From contig CAYVLI010000001.1 of assembly GCA_964452105.1 (NCBI GenBank), forward strand, positions 6,423 through 37,617: 31,195 bases of DNA, written 5' to 3'. The stretch's first letter is position 1, and every line of letters starts with the position of its first letter. This DNA is from an uncultured Nitrospinota bacterium. GTDB lineage: Bacteria > JAUXIQ01. Of the stretch, positions 17,111-25,195 are shown in pieces. The translations under genes and the position numbers were made by a program. The notes under the pieces were generated by a model, which saw only the letters and a list, made by a program, of their open reading frames with translations, was not told where the DNA came from and made no database searches.

Positions 17111-18556
17111 ATGAATGGCAAGATGTCTGGAGAACGGATACTCATAGCGGACGATGAAGAGAGCATAAGGCTGGTTCTCAAGCGTGGCCTGGAGAAGAGG
17201 GGGCATGTGGTGGATACCGCCTGCGATGGCAAGGAAGCCCTGGCCAAAGGCCTGGAGCGGCCATACGCTCTCATATTTATGGATATAAAGATGCCGGGGA
17301 TGAGCGGCCTGGATGTCCTGGAAAAGATAAAGGAGAAACGGCCCCAGGCCCTGGTGATAGTCATAACCGCCCAGAGCTCCATGAGCAATGCCATCGGCGC
17401 CATGAAGAGAGGCGCCTTCGATTACATTGTAAAGCCCTTTGACATGGAGCAGATTTATCTGAAGGCTGAGAAGTCCCTTAAGGAAAAGGCCATGCAGAGG
17501 AGGCTGGCGTCATACATGGCCGATAAACCGGAGCGGCATGAGGACGAGATTATAGGCAAGAGCCCGGCCATGCAGGAGGTGTTCCTGAGCATAGGAAAAG
17601 TGGCCCGGAGCGACACCACCGTACTCATCCTCGGCGAAAGCGGAACGGGCAAGGAACTCGTGGCCCGCATCATACACAGAAACAGCCCCCGAGCCGAAAA
17701 CCCCTTCGTAGCGGTGAACTGTGCCGCCATACCCAGGGACCTCCTGGAGAGCGAGCTTTTCGGGCACGAGAAAGGAGCTTTCACAGGCGCGACCGCTCCC
17801 AGGATGGGCAAGTTCGAGATGGCAGACGGAGGAACCATATTCCTGGATGAGGTGGGTGATCTCGACCTTTCGATGCAGACCAAAGTGCTCAGAGTTCTCC
17901 AGGAGAGAGAGATAGACAGGGTGGGAGGCGGGTATCCCATAGGTGTGGACGTGAGGGTCATAGCCGCCACGGACCGGGATCTGGAAACGGCCATGAGGGA
18001 GAAAAAGTTTCGCGAGGGCCTCTACTACAGGTTGAACGTGGTACAGATCGAGTTGCCTCCTCTCAAGAAGAGGAAGGAGGACCTGCCGTTGTTGATAGAT
18101 TTCTTCCTCCACAAATTCCAGAAAGAATTGGGGATGGGTCCCAGGTATATAACAGCGGATGCTATGGACCTTCTGAGAGAGTACGACTGGCCGGGGAACG
18201 TTCGAGAGGTGGAGAACATGATCAAACGCTCCATAGTCCTCACTACGGGAGAGAGCATCACTTCCGAGCATTTTCCGTCTTTCCTCAGGGAGGGGCGCAA
18301 CCCCGGGGAGGGGGCGGCGTTTTCCATGGAAGGTCTTATGGAAGAAAAGCTGAGGGATATTGTCAGCAAGATGTGCCGTGCGGGACAAGGAGACCTCTAC
18401 AATATGGTCATGGAGTGTATGGAAAAGCCGCTCCTGGAGATGGTGCTGGCCGAATGCAAGGGGAATAAGCTCAAGGCGGCCAGGGTGCTGGGAATCAACA
18501 GGAACACCTTGCGAAAGAAGATGCAGACTCTGGGTATAGAGGTTAGAAAGGAATAG
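17111..18556 (+). CDS. ntrC: NtrC-type sigma54-dependent response regulator
   Basis: Receiver (ADDE, MDIKMP), AAA+ domain GESGTGKELVAR, ESELFGHEKGAFTGA, FLDEVGD, YDWPGNVRE, Fis-type HTH (GNKLKAARVLGINRNTLRKK). Confidence 0.92.
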   Translation: MNGKMSGERILIADDEESIRLVLKRGLEKRGHVVDTACDGKEALAKGLERPYALIFMDIKMPGMSGLDVLEKIKEKRPQALVIVITAQSSMSNAIGAMKRGAFDYIVKPFDMEQIYLKAEKSLKEKAMQRRLASYMADKPERHEDEIIGKSPAMQEVFLSIGKVARSDTTVLILGESGTGKELVARIIHRNSPRAENPFVAVNCAAIPRDLLESELFGHEKGAFTGATAPRMGKFEMADGGTIFLDEVGDLDLSMQTKVLRVLQEREIDRVGGGYPIGVDVRVIAATDRDLETAMREKKFREGLYYRLNVVQIELPPLKKRKEDLPLLIDFFLHKFQKELGMGPRYITADAMDLLREYDWPGNVREVENMIKRSIVLTTGESITSEHFPSFLREGRNPGEGAAFSMEGLMEEKLRDIVSKMCRAGQGDLYNMVMECMEKPLLEMVLAECKGNKLKAARVLGINRNTLRKKMQTLGIEVRKE

Positions 18557-18562
18557 CAGGCA

Positions 18563-20971
18563 GTGGTGAAGAAGCTTTGGAAAAAACTGGATGAGGGAGC
18601 GCTGCTTTTCGACGGCGCCATGGGAAGCATGCTTCAGCACCGCTTTCAACGGCCCGGGGTATGTCTTGAGGAGTTGAACCTTCTGGAGCCGGAAATGGTG
18701 CGAAGCGTCCATGTGGCTTATGTCGATGAGGGCGTTGATGTAATAGAGACGAATACGCTGGGTGCCAACGCAGTAAAACTGAGTGAACACGGCCTCGGCC
18801 ACAAGGTTGAGGAGATAAACAGGCAGGCTGTCAAACTGGCCAGGGAGGCGGCATCGGGCAGATGTCTGGTGGCTCTCTCGGTGGGCTCGACGGGGAAATT
18901 TCTCGAGCCTATCGGTTCCATGACCTTCGATGAAATGCGCGAGGTTTTCCGGGCGCAGATATCTGCCGCAGCACGGGAAGGGGTGGATTTGGTGGTGATC
19001 GAGACCATATCCGACCTGAAAGAGATGAGGGCCGCGGTGGTGGCGGCCAAAGAGGCGGTTTCGGTTCCCATTATGGCTACCATGACCTTCCAGGAAGACG
19101 GCCGCACCCTCCTGGGTACCAGCCCGGAAGCGGCTGCCGTATGCCTCGAATCCATGGGGGTGAGCATAATAGGCGCGAATTGCGGCACCGGGCCTGAAAC
19201 CATGGTTCAGGTTTTGAGGGAGCTCAAGCGCTCCACAGGAGCTAAGGTAGCGGCACAGCCCAATGCAGGCATGCCCAGGCTGGAGGCCGGCAGGACCGTT
19301 TTCCCCCTCACTCCTGAGGAGATGGCTGATTATTACGTCCGCTTAATCAAGGAGGGGGCGGATGTCATCGGCGGTTGCTGCGGTACGACGCCGCAGCACA
19401 TGAGGGCGATGATCAAAGCCGTGAGGGATATCAAGCCTGCTTCGGCTGCGCCTCGTCTGGAGAGTACGGTGTTATCGAGCCGCAGCAGGGTGGTGAGGAT
19501 AGGAAACGGTTGCTTTCCGGTTGTAATAGGAGAGAGGATAAACCCCACGGGGCGCAAGAAGCTCTCCGGGGAACTGATGGAGGGAAAGCTGGACGCCGTT
19601 TTGAAAGAAGCCAGGGAACAGGTTGAAGCCGGAGCGGACCTCCTCGATGTTAACGTAGGAGCGCCCGGGGCCGACGAGGTGGGCCTCATGAGGGGGGCTT
19701 CGCTGGCTGTACAGCGCCAGGTGGCTTCTCCTCTGGTGCTGGACTCTCCCGACCCGCAGGCTCTGGAGGCTGGACTCAAGGCGGCGGATGGCAAGGTTCT
19801 CATCAACTCCGTGAACGGTGAACGGGAGAAGATAGAGGCGATAGTCCCTCTTGCTGTGAAATACGGGGCGGCGGTAATAGGATTGACCCTGGACGAGAAG
19901 GGCATATCCGAACGGGCTGCAGAGCGGCTGAAGGTAGCCCGTACTATCCTCGATGCCTCGATGGAGCTGGGACTTTCCAAAATGGACTTGATAATCGACT
20001 GTCTTGCCCTCTCCGTCAGCACGGATCAGGAGTTAGCCCTGGAGACCCTCCGCGCTATCGAATCCATAAAGAAGGAGTTGGGGCTTCCCATTTCACTTGG
20101 AGTCAGTAACGTCTCCTTCGGCCTGCCGGCGAGGGGGCTGATCAATTCAGCCTTCCTGGCCATGGCCCTGGGCTGCGGCCTTGACTGCGCCATTATGAAC
20201 CCCAAGGATTCGCGGATGATGGAGACCTTACAGGCCTCGGCTGTGCTCATGGGGAGGGATAAGAAGGCGCTGAGGTTCATAGACTCATATGGCAGGAGCG
20301 CTCCCGAGGTAAGAGCCGAAAAAGTTGAAGAACCTGTCGGCCCGGCCCGAAAGCTGTTTCGAGCAATAGTGGAGGGTCATAAAGAGAACATCCTCTCTCT
20401 TATGGAGGGGGTGTTTGAAGAGGGTGTTCCCCCCATGGAGCTGAGTGATGCCATACTCATCCCGGCGCTGGAAGAGGTGGGCCGGAAGTTTGAGAGCAAG
20501 GACTTTTTCCTACCGCAGGTAATGTTGTCCGCCGAAGCTGCCAAGATAGCTTTCGTCCGCATCAGGGAAGTATTAAAGGGGCATGAGACTGTATCCAGGG
20601 GGAAAGTCATAATGGCCACTGTAATGGGGGACATTCACGATATCGGCAAAAATATCGTCTCCATGCTTCTGGAAAATCATGGTTTTGAGGTGTTGAACCT
20701 GGGGATAAACGTCCCGGCGGAAAAAATTGCTGAGGCGGCGGTAGATAACAGTGTGGATGCCATCGGCTTGAGCGCCCTGATGACCACTACCATGCTGGAA
20801 ATGGGTAAAACGGTGAAGTATCTCAAGCAGAGGGAGATAAACTGCCCTATAATAGTGGGCGGGGCCGCGGTGACGCCTGAGTTCGCTGCCGAGATAGGGG
20901 CGGATGCCTATGGCAGGGACGCAGTGGATGCGGTGAACATAGCGAAGAAACTCATCCCTGAGAGGAAATGA
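18563..20971 (+). CDS. metH: Cobalamin-dependent methionine synthase, three-module form (Hcy-binding, pterin-binding, cap/B12-binding) without the C-terminal reactivation domain
   Basis: DGAMGSML, Zn ligands GANCG and GGCCG, IGERINPTG, LGVSNVSFG, B12 motif GDIHDIGKN, SALMTTT. The 802-aa protein ends right after the B12 domain. Confidence 0.9.
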   Translation: MVKKLWKKLDEGALLFDGAMGSMLQHRFQRPGVCLEELNLLEPEMVRSVHVAYVDEGVDVIETNTLGANAVKLSEHGLGHKVEEINRQAVKLAREAASGRCLVALSVGSTGKFLEPIGSMTFDEMREVFRAQISAAAREGVDLVVIETISDLKEMRAAVVAAKEAVSVPIMATMTFQEDGRTLLGTSPEAAAVCLESMGVSIIGANCGTGPETMVQVLRELKRSTGAKVAAQPNAGMPRLEAGRTVFPLTPEEMADYYVRLIKEGADVIGGCCGTTPQHMRAMIKAVRDIKPASAAPRLESTVLSSRSRVVRIGNGCFPVVIGERINPTGRKKLSGELMEGKLDAVLKEAREQVEAGADLLDVNVGAPGADEVGLMRGASLAVQRQVASPLVLDSPDPQALEAGLKAADGKVLINSVNGEREKIEAIVPLAVKYGAAVIGLTLDEKGISERAAERLKVARTILDASMELGLSKMDLIIDCLALSVSTDQELALETLRAIESIKKELGLPISLGVSNVSFGLPARGLINSAFLAMALGCGLDCAIMNPKDSRMMETLQASAVLMGRDKKALRFIDSYGRSAPEVRAEKVEEPVGPARKLFRAIVEGHKENILSLMEGVFEEGVPPMELSDAILIPALEEVGRKFESKDFFLPQVMLSAEAAKIAFVRIREVLKGHETVSRGKVIMATVMGDIHDIGKNIVSMLLENHGFEVLNLGINVPAEKIAEAAVDNSVDAIGLSALMTTTMLEMGKTVKYLKQREINCPIIVGGAAVTPEFAAEIGADAYGRDAVDAVNIAKKLIPERK

Positions 20972-22014
20972 TAGAACAAGTATCGAGTATCATGGATACG
21001 CTGGCTGCTGCAGTGATCCTGGCCGCCGGGAAGGGGGTCAGGATGGTTTCCGAGAGGGCCAAGGTGCTTCACCCCCTGTGCGGAGAGCCGATGTTGGGCC
21101 ATGTTCTTCGGGCGGTGGCCGAATGCGGCCCGGAGAGGACGCTGGTGGTGGTAGGCCATCAGGCTGAAGAAGTAAAGGCGGCTTTCGCCGATGAGAAAGT
21201 GGAATTCGTCCTGCAGGAAGAGCAGCGAGGCACCGGCCACGCTCTGATGCAAACCGAGAAATACCTGGGAGGTTGCGGCGGGGAAATCCTGGTGGTTCCC
21301 GGCGATACTCCTCTTCTTAAAGCGCAGACGCTTCTTACTCTTCTGAAAACGCACAGGGAAACCGGAGCAACGGTCTCCTTGCTGACGGCTCGATTGCCGG
21401 ACGCTGCGGGCTACGGCAGGGTTATTCGAGAGAGGGACGGCTCGGTGGCGAGGATAGTGGAGGACAGGGATGCGACTGTCGAAGAAGCCGCAGTCAACGA
21501 AATCAATGTAGGCGCATACTGTTTCGCAGCGTCCTTTCCCTTCGAGGCCCTGCTGAAGGTAAGGGATGATAACGCGCAAGGGGAGTTGTATCTCACGGAT
21601 GTGGTGGAGGTGGCGGTAGGTAATAGAGAAAAGGTAGCGGCGCTCGAGGCGGATGCTGATGAAGTGATGGGTGTGAACAGCAGGGTGGAGTTGGCGAGGG
21701 CGGAAAAGATAATGCGGAGCGAAATAAACCGATGCTGGATGCTTCGCGGTGTCACGATGGTGAATCCGGCTGCCACTTATGTCGATAGCGGCGCGAAAAT
21801 CGGGGTGGATTCCGTCATGCACCCCGGCTGCCATATACTGGGAGAATCAGTCATCGGTGAGCGGTGCACGGTCATGCCTGGAGCCATAGTAATAGACAGT
21901 CGGATCGGTCGGGAAGCCCGCCTGGGGCCGTATTGTATTCTGGAGCGCATCTCTGTCCCTGATGGGGGTGAGGTAGCGCCGTTTGAGATTAAGAGAGGAA
22001 CCGACCGGCCATAA
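20968..22014 (+). CDS. glmU: GlmU, C-terminally truncated (uridyltransferase domain, linker and first LbH coils only)
   Basis: ILAAGKGVRM...AKVLH, QRGTGHA, GDTPLL, GYGRVIR, IVEDRD, EINVG, NAQGELYLTD, GVNSR. Ends at VAPFEIKRGTDRP* (equivalent to GPFARLRP) after 348 aa. ATGA overlap with metH. Confidence 0.9.
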   Translation: MIEQVSSIMDTLAAAVILAAGKGVRMVSERAKVLHPLCGEPMLGHVLRAVAECGPERTLVVVGHQAEEVKAAFADEKVEFVLQEEQRGTGHALMQTEKYLGGCGGEILVVPGDTPLLKAQTLLTLLKTHRETGATVSLLTARLPDAAGYGRVIRERDGSVARIVEDRDATVEEAAVNEINVGAYCFAASFPFEALLKVRDDNAQGELYLTDVVEVAVGNREKVAALEADADEVMGVNSRVELARAEKIMRSEINRCWMLRGVTMVNPAATYVDSGAKIGVDSVMHPGCHILGESVIGERCTVMPGAIVIDSRIGREARLGPYCILERISVPDGGEVAPFEIKRGTDRP

Positions 22015-22044
22015 TCCAGCTTCTCTAACAAGGGTGGGGGAAAA

Positions 22045-23247
22045 ATGAAAGCTGTCATTCTAACGGGTGGAAGAGCCACAAAGCTGGAGCCTTTCACTGC
22101 CACCAGACCTGCGGTGATGATTAACATCAGCGGCAGGTATCTTCTCGAGAATATCATATCTTTGCTTAGAGCGGCGGGGATCGTGGATATCGTGCTTGTG
22201 GTGGGTTATAAGCGGGAAAAGATAATTGATTACTTTAAAGGCGGTGGCGATCAGGGCGTTAACATAACCTATGCCGTCCAGGATGAGCCGGCGGGCATAG
22301 GTGATGCAGTCCTGAAGGCCAGGGATAAAGTTCTGCGTGGTGAATACTTCATGCTGGTGTATGGGGATACGCTCACCTGCTCTAATATATACAACGGCGC
22401 CATCAATTCTTTCAACTCCTTCAAGCTTCCCATAGCGTCCGTCTGTCTCACTCCCGCCACCCAGCGGTACGGCAACATATTTATGGATGGGGAGATGAAC
22501 ATCCACCGAATAATAGAGAAACCGCATGGGGAAGAGCTGGGGAATTATGTCCTGGCCGGAGCGTTCATTCTGCCCAGCGATTTTTTTAATCTGCTGCAAG
22601 AGAGCAATTGCGTCATGGAGGAAGCGCTGGATGCGGTTATCGGTGAGCAGGGGTTGAAAGCTTCCATCTGGGAAGAGGACTGGGTGGATATAGGACATCC
22701 CTGGGACATCCTGCGAGGCAACAAAATGATAATGGATTCCTGGGAGTATGCCTCTATTTCCAAGGAGGCCCGGCTCATGGGGGACGTGAGCATACAGGGC
22801 CCAGTGGTCATAGCGAACGATGTCACCATAGAGAAGGGTACACTGTTAAAGGGCCCCTGCTACGTTGGGCCGGGCTCGTTCGTGGGGCATAACGCCCTGG
22901 TCAGGGAGTACACTTCCATCGGGGCCAATTCGGTGGTGGGATTCGGGGTGGAGCTTAAAAATTGCGTGCTTTTCGGCGGGTCCAAGATTGGCCGGCTTTC
23001 TTTCGTTGGCGACAGCGTAATAGGCCAGGGTGTGTATATCGGTTCTGGAACCATGACCATCAACGGCTATCTGGACGGCGGCACCGTACGGGTTAAAAGC
23101 AATGGAATGGAAATGGACACCGGCTTGCACAAAATCGGGTCGTTTGTCGGCGATAATGTCATGGTTGGATCGGGCAACACTCTTGCTGCCGGATGTATTA
23201 TACCTTCCGGGGAACGGATTCCTCATCATTTTACATTCCCGAAATAA
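22045..23247 (+). CDS. Archaeal-type bifunctional GlmU-like nucleotidyltransferase/LbH protein with degenerate active sites (candidate pseudoenzyme)
   Basis: Full architecture (VYGD, YG, IIEKP, WVDIGHPWDIL, GPVVI..GPCYVG, ELKNC, VGDSVIG, DTG..KIGSFVGD), but GGRATKL..RPA replaces G.GTR...PK and RLSFVGDS replaces HLSYVGDS. Confidence 0.85.
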   Translation: MKAVILTGGRATKLEPFTATRPAVMINISGRYLLENIISLLRAAGIVDIVLVVGYKREKIIDYFKGGGDQGVNITYAVQDEPAGIGDAVLKARDKVLRGEYFMLVYGDTLTCSNIYNGAINSFNSFKLPIASVCLTPATQRYGNIFMDGEMNIHRIIEKPHGEELGNYVLAGAFILPSDFFNLLQESNCVMEEALDAVIGEQGLKASIWEEDWVDIGHPWDILRGNKMIMDSWEYASISKEARLMGDVSIQGPVVIANDVTIEKGTLLKGPCYVGPGSFVGHNALVREYTSIGANSVVGFGVELKNCVLFGGSKIGRLSFVGDSVIGQGVYIGSGTMTINGYLDGGTVRVKSNGMEMDTGLHKIGSFVGDNVMVGSGNTLAAGCIIPSGERIPHHFTFPK

Positions 23248-23261
23248 GGAGAGATTTTAAA

Positions 23262-25079
23262 TTGTGCGGAATTATCGGTATCGCCGGCTTTAATAATGTT
23301 GCTCATCAATTAGTCAGCAGCTTGAAAAACCTGGAATACAGGGGCTACGATTCCTGCGGGGTCGCCCTGGTCGATGATATGGCCATAGATGTGCGAAAGA
23401 ACATAGGAACCATCGAGGAGGTGGAGATAAAGGAGAAACTTTCCGAACCCAGGGGCAAAGTGGGCATAGGCCACACGCGCTGGGCGACCCACGGTATGGT
23501 GGCCGTGGAAAACGCTCATCCTCATACCAGCGCCAAGAAGGATTTCGCCGTGGTGCATAACGGCATAATCTCCAACTATACCGAGTTGAAGGAAGGGTTG
23601 GAAGGGGAGGGGTACAGGTTAGTTTCACAGACTGATACGGAGGTCATCGCCCACCTCATGGAGAAGAACTACTCGTTGACCAATGACCTGGAGGAAGCCT
23701 TCATTCAAACTCTACATTGCATTGAAGGAACTTACGCCATGGCGATGGTTTCCATATACGATCCCGACAGGGTATTCTGTGCCAAGATGGAGAGCCCTCT
23801 CATACTTGGCATAGGCCGGAGAGCCAACTATGTGGGCTCCGATTTCAACGCTTTCATAGAATATACCAAGAAGGCCATGGTGATGGAGGATGGGGAATAC
23901 GCCATACTGACCAGGGACAGTTATACGGTAAAGGATATTTTCACCAGGGATATAAAAGAGAAGTCCATCATGGAGATAGAGTGGGATATGGAGATGTCCC
24001 AGAAGGGTGGATATCCTCATTACATGCTCAAGGAGATACACGAGCAGCCACATACGGTGGTCAACGCACTGAACATATACGAGGAGGAGATCGAACGCCT
24101 GGCCCGGTCCATTGCCGAGAGCGGGCAGACTTATCTAATAGGCGCCGGGACCACTTATTATGTTTCCATGATAGCGCAGTACTATTTCTCCGATATCGCG
24201 GGAAGATTTATCCCCGCAATATGTTCTGATGAGTTCAACAACCTGGCTGCGGTGGGTGGTGATTCGATGGTGGTGGCGGTATCACAATCGGGGGAGACCT
24301 ATGACACCCTGAGCGCATTGAGATTCGCACAGGGGCGGGGGGCGAGAACTGCGGCCGTCGTGAACGTTATGGGGTCTTCCATGGCCCGGATGGTGGACCA
24401 CGCCATCATGCAGGGGTCGGGACCCGAGATATGTGTGTTGAGCACCAAGGCTGCTCTGGCTCAGATAGTCGTGCTATTGAGGACAGCTATAACGTTGGCC
24501 CGGATGGAGGGGACCATTTCGAAAAGCGAAGAGGATTCGTTGAGAAAAGACATCTCAGACCTCCCCCCGTTGCTGCAGAAAATACTCAACGAAAAATCGG
24601 GTCTGATAAACAACCTGGCTCGTAAAAACAGCGGCCAGAAAAACTGGATTTTTCTGGGGAGAGGCATCTATTACCCCATAGCTCTTGAAGCCGCGCTGAA
24701 GTACAAAGAAGCTGCATACCTTCACGCGGAGGGGATGCCGGGCGGGTTCCTGAAGCATGGGACACTGGCGCTTATAGACGAGGAGCTTTATACATTAATT
24801 TTCGTGCCGCCGAGAGGGGACTCGAATTACAACCTTAACATGGGCAGCGTTGAGCAAGTGAAAGCCCGGGGCGGGCGCATGATGGCTTTCCATTTCAATC
24901 GCATTAAGCAGCATAAGGAGTTGTTCGATGAAGCGTTGCTCCTGCCGCCCGCGCCTGAACTCACGGCCCCGCTGACTCAACTGGTGGCGGCGCAGCTCTT
25001 TGCCTATTTCACCGCCCTGGCTCTTAAGCGGAACGTGGATAAACCCAGATCTCTGGCCAAATCCGTCACCGTGGCTTGA
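23262..25079 (+). CDS. glmS: Glutamine--fructose-6-phosphate aminotransferase (isomerizing)
   Basis: TTG-TGC-GGA (fMet-Cys-Gly) at 23262 after AGGAG. GIGHTRWATHG, HNGII, TDTE, SQSGET, ALEAALKYKE, LKHG, LAKSVTV. The track start at 23193 would bury the catalytic Cys. Confidence 0.95.
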   Translation: MCGIIGIAGFNNVAHQLVSSLKNLEYRGYDSCGVALVDDMAIDVRKNIGTIEEVEIKEKLSEPRGKVGIGHTRWATHGMVAVENAHPHTSAKKDFAVVHNGIISNYTELKEGLEGEGYRLVSQTDTEVIAHLMEKNYSLTNDLEEAFIQTLHCIEGTYAMAMVSIYDPDRVFCAKMESPLILGIGRRANYVGSDFNAFIEYTKKAMVMEDGEYAILTRDSYTVKDIFTRDIKEKSIMEIEWDMEMSQKGGYPHYMLKEIHEQPHTVVNALNIYEEEIERLARSIAESGQTYLIGAGTTYYVSMIAQYYFSDIAGRFIPAICSDEFNNLAAVGGDSMVVAVSQSGETYDTLSALRFAQGRGARTAAVVNVMGSSMARMVDHAIMQGSGPEICVLSTKAALAQIVVLLRTAITLARMEGTISKSEEDSLRKDISDLPPLLQKILNEKSGLINNLARKNSGQKNWIFLGRGIYYPIALEAALKYKEAAYLHAEGMPGGFLKHGTLALIDEELYTLIFVPPRGDSNYNLNMGSVEQVKARGGRMMAFHFNRIKQHKELFDEALLLPPAPELTAPLTQLVAAQLFAYFTALALKRNVDKPRSLAKSVTVA

Positions 25080-25195
25080 GTATTTTTTATACTGCATGGT
25101 CTGTCTAATCAGGTTTGCTCATTACGGTTGGACAAAATGGGGGTACAGGGCGCTGTGCCCCTGAATACTGATGGCGACAGGCTGAGATTACCTGT

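Noticed and set aside
17510-18802. 430-aa antisense ORF, and similar long antisense ORFs at 3791-4705, 20908-21834, 27323-28240 and 28038-28928
   Set aside because: They lie opposite well-supported genes, have no recognisable motifs, and are expected shadows of GC-rich codon usage.
23247-23262. Possible glmS ribozyme
   Set aside because: Only 14 nt separate the upstream stop from the glmS start, so there is no room for it.
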